64,000 nucleotides of DNA, taken from positions 1-64,000 of the forward strand of contig CBFFRP010000077.1 of NCBI GenBank assembly GCA_965644295.1, in the 5' to 3' direction. The notes below the pieces were generated by a model, which was given only the letters and a program-made list of their open reading frames with translations, did no database searches and had not been told where the DNA came from. The position numbers and the translations under genes are program-made. Positions 23,401-35,059 of this stretch are shown here, piece after piece (position 1 is the stretch's first letter; every line of letters starts with the position of its first letter). Source of the DNA: Paraphysomonas bandaiensis. Lineage: Eukaryota; Protista; Chrysophyceae.

Positions 23401-24394
23401 ACCTACTAGGAACATAGATGTAACCACACAGTCTCCTAAACTCCTTCTCCGCATCCTCATATAATCTAGGATTTACGGGTCTTGCCTTCGGCTTGATCCT
23501 AGGAGGCAAATTCTCAGCGAACTTGATATTCAACGGATCCACTCCTTTTATACCTTCCCACCGCTCTGGAACAAATACCTCTACTCCCTTAGTCCTCAAT
23601 AACTCCAGCACCGGTCGCGCTGCTGAGAACTCTGGAGACACGTGTTCACCAAACATATCCTCGAACTCGCTCAAAGCTTCCTCTCTAGTTTTTCCAAGAA
23701 AACTTGAGGCAAATCCGAACTGCGAAGGGTCCGGAACATCCAATTCTTCAGGTGCTACCTCCCTACTACTATCACACCACGGCTGCAATAATTCTTCAAC
23801 CGCATTCAACAACAAATCATCCTCGGTAACATCGTCCTCACGCCTTTTAATAAAACTTACTTCTGATTCAATTCGTTCAATAGTCCTTCCTTTAAGCATA
23901 AATAGAAAATAATCCCATAGATCCTTAACGATAGCCGGAAGTCCAATGATAATATCGTTGCTACCCATATCAGCAACAATGAAATCCCCGTCATATAACA
24001 CGAACTCTCCCTTGGAGTCTTCTCTCTCAAACCTCAATTTTAATTTCACTACAAAACTACACTTCATTCTCGACGTTTTATCGGCAAATCCTATAACTGT
24101 TTCTTTTTTTATGACTTTGTTTTCACACACATGATTTCTAAACGTCTCAAACAAATCCTTGGAAATGAAGTTAGATGTTAGGGCTCCAGTGTCGAACAAT
24201 ATTCCACGCACAGATATTATATAGTTATCATCACATACAATGCTTCCCCCAGAATGAGCCAATGTCAAGTCTTTTCGTTCTCGCGTATTACAGACATTCA
24301 TCAAATTTCTGAGGAAAACTCGACTAACAGTCTCAGGATCATTCAAACCGTACAATATTTCTTCGTGATCCTGCGAACCATTAGCCTCGCACAT
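20456..24394 (-). CDS. pol: Gypsy Pol: protease, RT, RNase H, integrase, chromo-like domain, C-terminal extension
   Basis: LFDTGA; DIDLTNAFHQ; CIFDNVLL; LRTDASDYG; ETDHNNL; HHCC (HNAQAGHWG...CINC); ISDMG; KGPF; VKYADG. Confidence 0.95.
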   Translation of the reverse strand: MCEANGSQDHEEILYGLNDPETVSRVFLRNLMNVCNTRERKDLTLAHSGGSIVCDDNYIISVRGILFDTGALTSNFISKDLFETFRNHVCENKVIKKETVIGFADKTSRMKCSFVVKLKLRFEREDSKGEFVLYDGDFIVADMGSNDIIIGLPAIVKDLWDYFLFMLKGRTIERIESEVSFIKRREDDVTEDDLLLNAVEELLQPWCDSSREVAPEELDVPDPSQFGFASSFLGKTREEALSEFEDMFGEHVSPEFSAARPVLELLRTKGVEVFVPERWEGIKGVDPLNIKFAENLPPRIKPKARPVNPRLYEDAEKEFRRLCGYIYVPSRSPWASCLVIAPKATKPFIRICGDYVQINKYIPSPHYTVPNVRHELDRIIGYKIFMDIDLTNAFHQIRLHENTSEKLSVQTPWGQFQPLFLPEGVSPGISVLQEAVVKLFGDLEWALCIFDNVLLLAHDFDDAYKKLEIFLDRCIEHGVVLKFAKTWLGFREIKFFGYLVRHNSFELTDDRKEALLKIPFPENGNRCKKIRSLLGLGVFFAPFVQNYSDLVKHLTDMTKSSFNWEETTWQHDYRQEFENYKSGLQQSCALFYPNYDLEWTLRTDASDYGVAGILFQTVEGTGSSPIQQQTIAICSKKLSEQALKWCTIEKEGFGIFYSVKKFSFYLRGKKFTIETDHNNLVWMEASEVAKIIRWRIYLQDFDFLIRHIPGKNNVVADCLSRLLYLSGFVDESDDFDSDEVNFVTLHNIFEKDDFEDDVQEIAPPTEVQRIDYYQAIKEVHNAQAGHWGAKETWKRLCRQFPGHGVPFKVVADFVDECINCQKNRRELKQRLIPITRHLKPPHSRSALGIDAVAITPVSKSGYTHIVVMVNLFTKLVYLYAVKGMTAINLATAVWKCWCTYGLTDMIISDMGPDLKSELFAELVKLSGLRHVFSIANRHVNGCERIIKEVVRHIRAICFDKRIEADAVLEDELLLATIMFILNTHESSETGYSAFELTFGSQDSIYKNLLAAQGRDNDPSHQLLKRLNDYLALVRQISADYQKSLVEKRAEAGLDPAKQNQYCPGDFVMFDAGAKPHPKLSSRMKGPFEVVRQYKNDVQIRNLLTGGIREYSVSDLEPFFGDKESAIEAAMRDHEQFKVEEILSYTGDSRTKSTMVFKVKYADGDILDIPWTPDIQCEAYYDFCESRPYLRHLAYDSFTAKRFISSMRKENITTVSVGDTVYVDLRFYGDLWYESLGLPDYATAAYVMEFTYTHWYHKNSKRKISARFNLNGSNYAFDNYLVYCWGSQKDFDPTRMILVDASLAAAYPKIIQE

Positions 24395-24397
24395 TTG

Positions 24398-25867
24398 TCA
24401 AGTCACTCCACCAGGCCTCGGCAAAATCTTTCGCGGCCCTTTGGAATCATCTGCCATCATCTGAGACAGCTTCTTCATCATCCATTTCCGGGTTTCCGTT
24501 GCAACTGCTCCATTATGACCCTGGACATGCTTACATTCCTTCCCTTTGTAGCAGTTCCCATACAACGCATACGCAACGCAACCACGGGTTGGATTAACAG
24601 TCTTCTCTAGGTTCATCACCTGTTCTATAGCTTCCTTATCAGACTCTGGTTCGCCGAGCAACATCTCCTCAACCTCATTCTCGAAATCATCATCTGACAT
24701 CCCGTCATCCTTGACCACAACTATCGGGTCAACCTCCTTGTCATCTAAATCACTGTAGAAATCATCCTCAACTCGGTCCGCAAACTGCACGTTGTTTAAA
24801 GATTTCGGTTTCTCCTTTGCAACGTATCCATTGTCCCGATTCCTCGAACTCCTTTGAATTTGCTTCCTACTGAAATCGGACCCTTCATAAGGCACCAATC
24901 TGATGTTCTTGGACGCCTCATAATGCTCACTCGCCTTGGAAACGTATGTATCCAGAAACTCTTCAACATTACCATAATTAGTATCCGTCACCCTTGGAAT
25001 CTCAGCCAGAACTCGTTTGTTGTAAGACTCGTCGATCAACTCCAAAAATACTTGAGCCGATCCAAACTCTTTTCCTCCAACCGGTGGACACTTAGTACTA
25101 TTGGCCTCCATCATGATAGTAAACGTTCGCATAAAAATACTCTTTCGCTTCAAAATCTCTTGAAAAAACAGCTCATGTGTATTCGGCCGCACTGATTTCC
25201 AATCCAGTGGCTTAAAATATCTCAGCGCGTATCGCAAAGTCTCAATGAACTCAACTTTGGACAACACCTTGGTCTCCTTAGCCATCAGCTCACAGAATTT
25301 CTGAGCACTCAACTTAACAAACATTTTATCCGTCAAGCTATTGTTGAACATAAGCAGGTTCCGAACACGCCTGCTAACTATCTGGGCTGGCTCAAGCTTA
25401 ATCCCATTGATCTGTTCATATTCAAACCATTGGATGATAAACTTTGTAAAATCACTAAGCTCCATCGAATCCAGAAAAATATGCTTATGGGATGGCTTTT
25501 CAACGTTGATGATGACATGCTTTGGAACCTCCATTCCCTCTGAAGACTCAGCCTCCCTCATGAATACAGATGTCCTTCGCTCTTTCTTCTTGCCTTTGTC
25601 GTCGGCAGCCCTGCCACTCTCTCTGGTATGTCCCTGCTGCTCTTCACGCTGGTCACGGATGGCCTCATCTACTTCCTTCTGAGCTTCCTCCAGCTCATTA
25701 ACTAAAACTTCTTCATTAATAGACATTCTGGACTCCAGATTATCTACCCTACTGGCAGTTGCTACACACAACTTAGTGACGTTCTCCAAATTGAGAGCAA
25801 TTCCCCGTAACATTTCCTTAACTTCATCTAACTCAGATGAACCAACAGGACCCTCCGAATCAGACAT
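24398..25867 (-). CDS. gag: Gypsy Gag (489 aa) with an N-terminal coiled coil and a C-terminal CCCH-like finger
   Basis: First ORF after the 5' LTR, in frame with pol across one TGA. Confidence 0.85.
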   Translation of the reverse strand: MSDSEGPVGSSELDEVKEMLRGIALNLENVTKLCVATASRVDNLESRMSINEEVLVNELEEAQKEVDEAIRDQREEQQGHTRESGRAADDKGKKKERRTSVFMREAESSEGMEVPKHVIINVEKPSHKHIFLDSMELSDFTKFIIQWFEYEQINGIKLEPAQIVSRRVRNLLMFNNSLTDKMFVKLSAQKFCELMAKETKVLSKVEFIETLRYALRYFKPLDWKSVRPNTHELFFQEILKRKSIFMRTFTIMMEANSTKCPPVGGKEFGSAQVFLELIDESYNKRVLAEIPRVTDTNYGNVEEFLDTYVSKASEHYEASKNIRLVPYEGSDFSRKQIQRSSRNRDNGYVAKEKPKSLNNVQFADRVEDDFYSDLDDKEVDPIVVVKDDGMSDDDFENEVEEMLLGEPESDKEAIEQVMNLEKTVNPTRGCVAYALYGNCYKGKECKHVQGHNGAVATETRKWMMKKLSQMMADDSKGPRKILPRPGGVT

Positions 25868-25935
25868 TTCGATATATATCTATAATCTACAATAATGATA
25901 TCTTCACTTACGTGTTTTACCGTGAGTAAATTTAC

Positions 25936-27127
25936 TATAAACAACTCAGGTCTTGCAACCTAAGATCACTGAAAAGATATGAAATGGTTGTTTATCGAAA
26001 CAACAAAACAGAATGCTATAATAATAACTCTTTAAGAAACCAACAGCCAGAAACACAAGCTCCCCTGTATCCTGCAATCTAAAGCTCCCAATAGACAGAT
26101 CAGTCAACCAACTATGTTAATTTCATAGAGAATTATTATTAAAAACTAAGTTACAAGCGAAACAAAAGACAGACCCCTAGTCTAAAGACTCCTCCTCATA
26201 CACAGGACATTGAATGCAACCACAACCGTACAATATGCTCATACATGTACTACACTACATACGATTCATATCCTACATCGTTTATAGTCAAAAACGCCCT
26301 GAAATACGCCTAAATAGGTCCTTTCCAAAAACCTCCGATTTTTGAGTCCCAAAACCCCAAAAATCCCCAATTTTTTTGAGAATTGCAGAAAATCGCCGAT
26401 TTTCGAGCCACAAACACCCAAAATGACAATATTCGAATCCACAAAAATTGCAAGCACATTTCATGACAACGTGAAATACACAATCGCCAACTCATGCATA
26501 ATACCGACAAAATGCAATCGGGTTCAAAAGCTTACAATCGAACGGTTAAATATCATTTCCTTGCAAGAGTGTGTACTTTAGACTGGACCATACAAATACA
26601 CTCATATTCAGATCACTAACATGCCCATGACACCTCTGCATCTGCGTCCAATGGCACCTTACGAATTCCTCCCCATTCCGGAGAAAATCAACGGTGTATG
26701 GCAATGGAAAATAATCGTATATCATAGTCCGGAACGATGAGCAAGCACATAGAGCTGTTCAAAAACATCAGAAAGCTTCTCATAATGATGGGTGGACTAC
26801 GAATATCGCACATGCGGTACCAATCAATGCTTCCTGACCCAAAACGCTATGACACCGACTACCGTATGGATATAGGCGTAAACCGACGGGTAGCAATCGC
26901 GTAGATCAAAGAAAACGTGTGTTCGAGGGCAAATCCTAGTTGTCTGTCGTCTTGCCCTCGTAATAATAATCTGTATCTCTTGTTGTCACCAATCTTATAC
27001 AAAACAAGCTACATATACCCTACATATTATGTTATCATATCGTTATTGCATTAATATAGTTATCAATATTATTATGATGATGTCATTAAACGTGTAAAAG
27101 GGTGTTATAAAAGCCCACGGCTTTACA
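25936..27127 (-). repeat. 5' LTR of the Gypsy element
   Basis: Direct repeat of 19234-20425. Confidence 0.95.
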
Positions 27128-27288
27128 GACCATCCACGGTCCTACAAGTGGAGGGTTGGTCCACTTGAAAAACGTCTCCAAACGAAATGCTGTATGTGGG
27201 AATTCTACACTAAGGCCGTTCCTTAGGACATGTCAAAATCAAAAAAATGGTATTATTTTGACAGTGGGGTGCGTTTTGCCATTCCTTA

Positions 27289-27759
27289 GGCCGTTCCTTA
27301 CGGTGGGTAAAAAATAAAAAATGAATTTTTTTTTTGCTCTTCCCGTTCCTTACGGTGGTCAAAAAAAAAATTATTTTGGATCATGGTAAGAAATGATTTC
27401 ATTTCTTTCCAACATACATGGTATGGTAAGAAATAATATTGCGGCCTATATTAGGAACCTCGAGTCATATTATTGTTATCACGAGTTTTACCAAGTCTAT
27501 GTCGAGTAGGCTGAGCGCTTGTTGTGATTCAAACGGTGTCCTGGAACCAGCATAATGCATCCAATATATCTACATTAACTTTTCAATATATATGGCATGA
27601 AACCCCCTTTTCTTTACAAAACACTGGTTTTTGACAGTTTCTCCTATAGAAATGGGTGCTTTCATCATGTGTATGTTATCTTTTTTTTTGACCAACCGTG
27701 TTGAGAATGCGGAAGAAAAAAAATTTCATTTTTTTTTTACCCAACCGTAAGGAACGGCC
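27289..27759. mobile_element. Tourist-like MITE nested in the Harbinger left end
   Basis: TIR GGCCGTTCCTTACGG / CCGTAAGGAACGGCC, TTA TSD. Confidence 0.85.
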
Positions 27760-28158
27760 TTAGGACAGTCAAAAATCAAAATAATGGCAAAATATTATTT
27801 TTGGCACGCGGTTGTGAAAAACAGTCATTTTAGTGTCTCTCATCGACATGACAAGTGGACTTTTTCATCCCTAGGGTAGAAAATTTTTTTTTTCTTCCCT
27901 AGGGAAGAAAAGAGCTCTTTTCATCCCGCAAAGTGTTTTTTCATCCCGCATATGCGGGAACAAAAAAAAAAGTGTTGTTCTCATTACGACCACACACTCC
28001 AACGACTTGAAAAGATGCTAATATCTTCACTAGAAAAAGTGTGCGCTTAGCATAAATTCAATTTACCACACTTATCACATGTGAGCAGAATTTCAAACGA
28101 ATACGATCGAATTTCCTCATCGTACCCTCGTTTACTAAGAAACAACTTAATGGTACTT

Positions 28159-28330
28159 CTGTCTGTGGGAATAAGTCGATCCAGCGGAATATGTCGATCC
28201 AGCAAAAAAATCCAGGCTTTTTTGACGCATGTTGTTTTTTGACGAATATATTTCAGAGAAATAACAATAAAAGGTCGATTTTTTTGCTGGATCGACATTT
28301 TCCGATGGATCGACTTATTCCCACAGACGG
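28159..28330. mobile_element. 172-bp MITE with about 55-bp TIRs and a 4-bp TSD (Sola-like?)
   Basis: CTGTCTGTGGGAATAAGTCGATCC ... GGATCGACTTATTCCCACAGACGG, flanked by ACTT on both sides. Confidence 0.8.
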
Positions 28331-28968
28331 ACTTTCGTTACTAAAAAGCACTGGATATGTTCAATCAAAAAAAAATTCGTTCCAAAATGACTCAAATATT
28401 GAGATAACTATTATCTGAATTCCAGCCGTAGTTGTATATTGCAGTAATGTAGAGAATATTTGCTTCAATTTATTCCCGAAACAAATTATGCTGACTGCTG
28501 ATACGTACTTTTTGGATTTTGTGCAGGACAATTTTACCAAATTCAAAATCACGAGAACAACTATACAAATCAAGGGGACAGAACAAATGCAGCGCATTTT
28601 TAATTGTGTACTGCAGTAGGCCTGTTCGGTTCATCCAGTGGACTTTTGAAAAAATCTCGGTCCACTGGATGAACCGAAGAGGACTATATAATATCAATAA
28701 TTCGTTTTTCACAACCTTATACCAAAAAGAAATATTTTCACCTCGGGCTGCCAAGTCGTTTTTTTTCGCCCCCCCCTTCGGTCGGGACGAAAAACACTCC
28801 TTGTTGCCCTCGGTAAAAAATTACTATTTGACACCCGGCTCGCATCAAAATAATGGTCACTATTTTGACGCCAGAGAAGGAATGTCAAAATAGTTGACCT
28901 CGCGTCGAAATAGTTGATAAGGCCATTATAACCACAATAAGTCATCTTTTAGACAGAAGTAACACACG

Positions 28969-30254
28969 ATGAGCACCAGTGTGATCAAAGTGAACACCCC
29001 AAGCGTGTTCACGCTTGTTTCGAACCTAATAACAGTTGAAGCGGCGCTGGAGACCGTGGCTCAGAAGGAAGGAAACCAATCCTCCTTGGATCTCAAGGTT
29101 GCGTTTTATTACTCCAGGTTATCAGAGTTCTGTGACACTGTATTCATTGCTTACATGGTCAACAGGCAAGTGGATAAGTATTTGGCTTCTGGCGACGCAT
29201 TTGTCTCGCGGCTGTCGACACAAGAAAGGCAGAAATTGTTGAAAACAGCTTCTGATTGCTTCATCGAGAAGCACGAAGAACTTGCGAAGTGCAAGATCAA
29301 ACAAGCGAAAGGCAATTCGCTTTGGAAGAAATGGAAAAGACTCAGAGGAGCGATGCAGAATGAGGACATCCCTTTATGGAATGCCCTTGTCCAAAAGAAC
29401 TCCGGCATTAATATCGATGAAATGCTTCTTCTGTTCAGACAGAAGTAGTATTTGGAGGCTGCCTCTGCAAAGCAAAACAAGAACAGAGTGATCCAAGATG
29501 ATGATGAAGCGGTTGGTGATGAAGACTATGTAAATGAAGCGGCTGGTGATGTGAATGACGACGGGAATGTTGATGCTGCTTCAGTGGATCAAGATGATCG
29601 TGAAGATAAATCACCTGATTCTACTGCTCTGACAGAGCCCAGTGCTTCAAACCTTATGACAAAACGAGAAATAGAGAAATGCCAATTGCTGAAGAACTTC
29701 CCACCTGATTACATGCATCAAACATATCTGGCATTTATAAAACTAGGTCCGCCGGCTGCACCATTTGATTCACCAGTCCTTCGTGGCGAATTAAGCTGTG
29801 GACCGAAGAAAAAGTTGGGCACTCTGTCCTCTGATAGTTTAATGATTAAGGCTTGCGATCTATCGAAGCCCGCGGATCGAAGCACGCCATTAAGCAGAGC
29901 AGATGCACGAAATCAGCACAGAATGGAAGAAGAATTCGCCATCGAAAAGAAGAGAACTAAAAAATTCTAGGTTGCGCAACAGGAGAGGAATGCTATCGTC
30001 AGAAAATCGAAGACTTTGAGAAGAAAATTGCATTGCATGAGGCCTTAGGAGACAAAGACTTAGCAAATCGTCTTCGTAAAGAATTGTTGTCGTATTATGA
30101 AAACAACAGTATGCCATCCAAACCCACGCTTGTTGATCTCACTGCTGAAGATAATAGCGATGACGATGGTAACCCGCATCATCCAATGAAGAAGAAGCGT
30201 ATTAACCCTTTCCAGACACCATCTCCTAAAGATGAAAGCCCGTCTAATGTATGA
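28969..30254 (+). pseudogene. Harbinger ORF2 (accessory, putative DNA-binding protein), disrupted
   Basis: Lies inside the TIRs opposite the transposase. In-frame TAGs at 29446 and 29968 and a frameshift near 30030. Confidence 0.65.
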
Positions 30255-30505
30255 TCTTTTCGTTGTGTGCTTTACAGTTATTGCTATTAAGCTAACACTA
30301 CTTATTAAACAAGCACAACTGTCTTTTTATTTCTTGCATACATTTATTCTTCTGCTACTAGCATATTACAGTCTCCAGTCTGCAGCTAAGTTCATTTTAC
30401 AGTCTCTACAGTAGTCTCTAGGTAAGATTGCATACTTCCTTAGCTACAGTATGTGAGCTCACAATGGGTGGGATCTTAAATTTTAATTACTTAACATATA
30501 GCAAG

Positions 30506-31652
30506 CTATAACCAAATCAATTCACGCTTCCTTCTGGCAACAGAATGATGAACAATAAGGTCACGACGTAGCTCATAGTGTGTAGTCTGCACTTCTTCTT
30601 CGATATGATCTGCAATAAAAGGACGCAACATAGTTCCTTCTGCGACAGGTGTATTACCATTTCTTGCGCGATTCATTGCTCTGGTTTCCATTACTCTGCG
30701 CTGAGTACCATCGTACAGGTCATCGTACTCGTCATCTGGGTTTGATTCATTCCAGTCATACGCCTCTTCCCACCTCTTATCATATCCATCATAACTCAGC
30801 AATATGTTATGCAGAATGCAACTTGTAAAGAAGACATTATCAATTTGGTCTTTGCTATGAAGTTCAATTGCATTGCACAAAAGACGAAATCGCTTCTTCA
30901 AAATGCCGAATACATCTTCAACATCTTTACGCACAGACTCTAAATTGCAGCTCCAGCTTGCCGTCTTCTCGCAACTGGTATGTTTTAGAGGACACTGCAA
31001 ACAACGCCATTTATGGTAACCCCCATCACAAATTAAATAATAGCCTCTGTGAGTGGTCAAACTACCATCCTCATTGTATAGCTGGAATTCCTTATTGCTA
31101 TATAAGCCATCATCTTTAATATTCATAACATGTCCATCATATCGCACTATCGTTTTATCGTTTCTTGCACCATAATGACTCGTTGTACAGGATAAAATGC
31201 GCTTTGTATGGTCTACGCAGCACTCATATGCGAGAGTGGGATACCCTTCCTTTCCTTTACAAGACGATCTCAAAGGAAAAGGACATTTGTCCCACCTAAT
31301 GTGTACACAGTCTATAGAGCCAATAGCCCCAGGAAAGCCAAGGATGCGGTATATTCTTTCCACCTTCTTTATTTCCTCGTCACTCCGAGGTGGTTTAATG
31401 AAGATATCGTAAAATGCTTGCGCAAACTTTTCACAGAAATCATGGAAAAACGTTCTTACAGTTTCTTCGTGCATCGCTCCAATCGGTTCTTGCCTTACGG
31501 TTCCTGTTTTTAAATCTCCTCTCTCTCCGAAGTTTACTCTTGATCTTCTTCGTCGGATGAAACCACTCCAGCATAATCTTACTGCAGCGTCGTCTCCTCT
31601 TCATACGTTCGAAAGCATTGAACAAACGTGTCATGTTATTCCTGTCTCCCAC
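30506..31652 (-). pseudogene. Harbinger DDE transposase (DDE_Tnp_4/Plant_tran), internally deleted at the N-terminus
   Basis: GFPGAIGSIDCVHIRW, GARNDKT, YYLICDGGY, ESVRKDVEDVFGILKKRF, CILHN. Frame break near 31480. Confidence 0.9.
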
Positions 31653-32142
31653 TGCTCATAATAATGACACTATATATGTCACATTAAATGACAACACTGC
31701 TTGATTTGAACATTTGAATTCAACCCAGGCTATACAGGTGTATACGTGGCTGTATATACTATTTTGATGCGAGATGGAATGGCACATCAAAAGTCAAAAT
31801 CCACCGAAATCCACAAAAATATTGATTTCACATCAAAATAATTATTTTGATTTTGACATGTCCTAAGGAACGGCCTAAAATCCTAGATTTTTGGTGTGAT
31901 GCTGTTGCAGGAAGATAAAAGTTGCAAAGAGAGCATTGCGCATTGCACCACCAACGTGTTTGCACAACCAACGTTGTGTTTGTTGCAGCACTCTGCTGTG
32001 CAATATAGCACTCACACTGCACTTTTTTTAGTCAATAGTCCATAGTTTAATGACCTCATGTGGATAATGGTGCAAATTGGTGTTGATACAATTTAGAGTT
32101 AATTTGAGTAATTATATCTTGTATTCATATTTCTCTCCAATT

Positions 32143-34194
32143 ATGAGTGATGAAGACAGTATCCCGACAGAGCCGCTGCTCTGTAAGCCAGGAGGAGTTC
32201 AGTCGTTGCGTACCCTGGCACACTATCGCAGCGACACCTCTGGAGGGACCTCACTGGAACCCAGAGTGTTTGATGATGTCTATGGCTCTAACCCTGTTGT
32301 AACTAGTTTAATTCAACCCCCTCAAGATGACGAGGAGGAGCTAGTCGGTGGTAGCAGCCTGCAACTCGAGCCTGAATTTCAGAATGCGTCAGTCAAATTT
32401 ATTGATTTGGATTCTGATTTGAGTGAGATATTTTCCACTGGGATGCGAGCAAAGCACAGTGCATCTCAAGAGCAGGAAACTGGACACGAACCTGACTTAG
32501 AAATAGAAGCCATGAAGGTCAATATTGCACAGCTCCAGCTTGACAACGCGCGATTACTAGAAGACAACCTTATGCTAGATGCTGAGAAAGAAAAAACGAA
32601 AAAATTACGAGGTGAAATTGATTCTCTCAAGGAAGAGATCAAGGCGCTCCAGTACGAGGTCCGGAGTAAAGATGATCAAGTAAGTATTATTTACCACCAT
32701 CTGGCTTCATTTAAAGTGTTACCTTTTTGCGAAGTTGAAGCGGATGGAACACAGTCGCAACATGTTGCTTGGTAAAGTTGGTGAATCGGATAGTACTCGA
32801 ATGGAGAAGGTGGCGCTGGAAAATGACATCGAAATCCTGCGGACAGAGAACTCGGAGCTGCGCAGAAAACTCAATGACTCAGAGAGGCTCACAGAATCTC
32901 ATCAAATTGAAGTTGGCATACTTAAGGAAGATCTTAGATCCCTTCAAAGTGATATGGACCGTGCGAGGATGGAGTATGAGTCAAAGTGTCGTGAACTTTC
33001 GAGTTTCCGTGAAAGTGAGCGGGGTGCGCTGAAATGGGAAGAACAGGCCAAACGATCCGATGAGCAAATACGGGCATTGCAAAGTGAGGCATTAGATCGA
33101 CTGCAGGCGGAATCTAGACTCAAGACTGAACTATCTGCGGCAGATGCTCGATGTGCTCAACTAGAGAGTGAGAATGCGTCTTTGAGAAGGCGTGTCATGG
33201 ATACTGCTGAGACAAGAGACAGAGAGGTTTCCCAGTATCAGTCCCGAGTTATATCTCTCGAGGGGGAGATCAGAGGTCTCTCAGATGATCTTGTGCGGGC
33301 ACGGCGAGCTGCGGAGGTACACAGCGCTAGCAACAGAATGGAGCCAACTTACTACACCCCCACAGCGGTAAATTACTATGCCGCACCTCCGGTCCCTGAC
33401 ATGCGACAGGCCAACCCCAGCAGCTATGGGGTAAGCAGAACTACAGGGGCTAGAGATGACTACCAGCACGACCACAACGCCACTCGGAGTCGTTACTGCT
33501 CATTGCCTGGAGGTCTAACTGATAGATACTTGGACCCTCCTTTGGACGCCAAGCAGGGAGAATTATATGCCCCAACAACCAAAAGTAGTCAGACAGCTGG
33601 AAAAGTGTCAACTCATTCCTTACGAGGAGCCCTGGTCCATTCCTTGGATGTAGACAGAGACGTTGGTACGGGCATAGAAAGATCTCGAGACAATAGTCAC
33701 CATGAGGCTATGTCTGGGAGGGCACCAGTCACACGGTCACTGGCTTCTCTGATTGGTGGAGGCGGGGTAGGTAACAAGTCCGTGCCATCTGTGAAAAATG
33801 TACCAAACAAGCCTAGAGGAGCGGGAGTGTCTCCGTTTGCTACTGAAGCCACTAGTGATGCACTGAGATCATTTGAGGAAATGGAGCGAGAACTAACATC
33901 TTATATGACAGAGAAGACCGCATTGGAGGAAGAATTAGCCAGGTAGCAGAGATTGTAGAGGGTGTTCACAATGAAATGCTGATGTATATGAGGCGTATTA
34001 GTAACTTTCTCCCTTGATATTATTCTGTGATATAAGGGATTTATGTGTTAATGTGATTGTTGTCTAGGTTACATCAAAGAGGAGGTCGGACCCTTAAAGA
34101 CAGAACTCGCACGACACAAGTCGAAGGACGTCTCGGAGACCTTAGCAAAGACATTGCCAGAATAAGACGGGATTTAGCTACAAAACCTAGTTAG
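32143..34194 (+). CDS. Three-exon coiled-coil protein with an MPHOSPH9/enkurin-like C-terminal segment
   Basis: Exons 32143-32679, 32735-33942 and 34068-34194 with GT-AG introns. Ends ...EKTALEEELARLHQRGGRTLKDRTRTTQVEGRLGDLSKDIARIRRDL. Confidence 0.75.
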
Positions 34195-34605
34195 TTTCTT
34201 TTATCTGGTGAATGTATAATGTATTTTAATGTTAGAATATGTATGATAATGTTGTAATATGTGACGAAAACGATAAACTAGCTCAGTTCAGCTAGCAGCT
34301 GACTAGAATCGAATGTAACTCTTGTCATAGTATATGGAATTAAAAATAACATTCGATGCAGGTGTACTTGTTTTGTAGTATATACCTAACGGTAGCTTCG
34401 GAATTCTTGTATTCATTTAGGATGAGGTATTACATATGAAATATATATCTCCCATCTGAGATACTAAGATCATCGGCATCATCCAAACCAAAAGCAAAGC
34501 CTATAGCTTTAATTTGCTCTTCACTAGCATTGGCAATGGATGGATCTAATCCTCCTAACATTAACCTGAGAGTCGTTTTTACTGACTCCAAGTTAGAAGA
34601 CTTTC

Positions 34606-35057
34606 TATTAGGATTCTGCTTAATACAAGATTGTATCTGTGAGTTATAATGTTCAACGAAATATATCATGAACTGAAATTAGAGAGAGTATCTGTTGAAG
34701 ATACGTAATAGTCATCATAACATCGTCATTATCAGTTACACTTCTAACTATTCCGTTGTGTATATGATAGTTATGTTTTATATTGTCATTCTTAATTCTC
34801 ACTCTATCGTTTTCATTACTTTACACTCTAATAATCACAACATTGTTTTACTATTACTAAGATCAATCCTTTATTTGGTAGCGAGATGTCAGTTAAAGTT
34901 ACAAGTTACGACTCAACCGACTCGGATTCGACAACCGACAAGCGAAAAGACTCAATGCCGAAATTCGATGCGAAGAACTTCTCCAGGTGGCAGATGAAGT
35001 GCCGTGCATGGTTCTATCGTTTATACTCTACAGAACGATCACCCAATTGAGCCTGAC
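34606..35057 (+). mobile_element. Copia 5' LTR, PBS and gag start (same family as 3700-4677)
   Basis: High identity to the reverse complement of 4300-4677. PBS TGGTAGCGAG. Confidence 0.8.
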
Positions 35058-35059
35058 GT

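Larger units (their letters stand above)
19234..27127 (-). mobile_element. Full-length, recently inserted Ty3/Gypsy LTR retrotransposon
   Basis: Two 1192-bp LTRs with no difference seen by eye. 4-bp TSD GACC at 19230-19233 and 27128-27131. PPT GGGGGGGAGAAAGGG next to the 3' LTR. Uninterrupted gag and pol ORFs. Confidence 0.97.
27214..31875. mobile_element. PIF/Harbinger DNA transposon
   Basis: TIRs GGCCGTTCCTTAGGACATGTCAAAATCAAAA and its reverse complement, TAA TSD on both sides, two convergent ORFs. Confidence 0.93.

Noticed and set aside
29446-29970. In-frame TAG stops suggesting a reassigned genetic code
   Set aside because: Host genes (DDX41, BUD32, GPx) end in TAG at their expected C-termini. 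These stops lie in a decaying transposon ORF.
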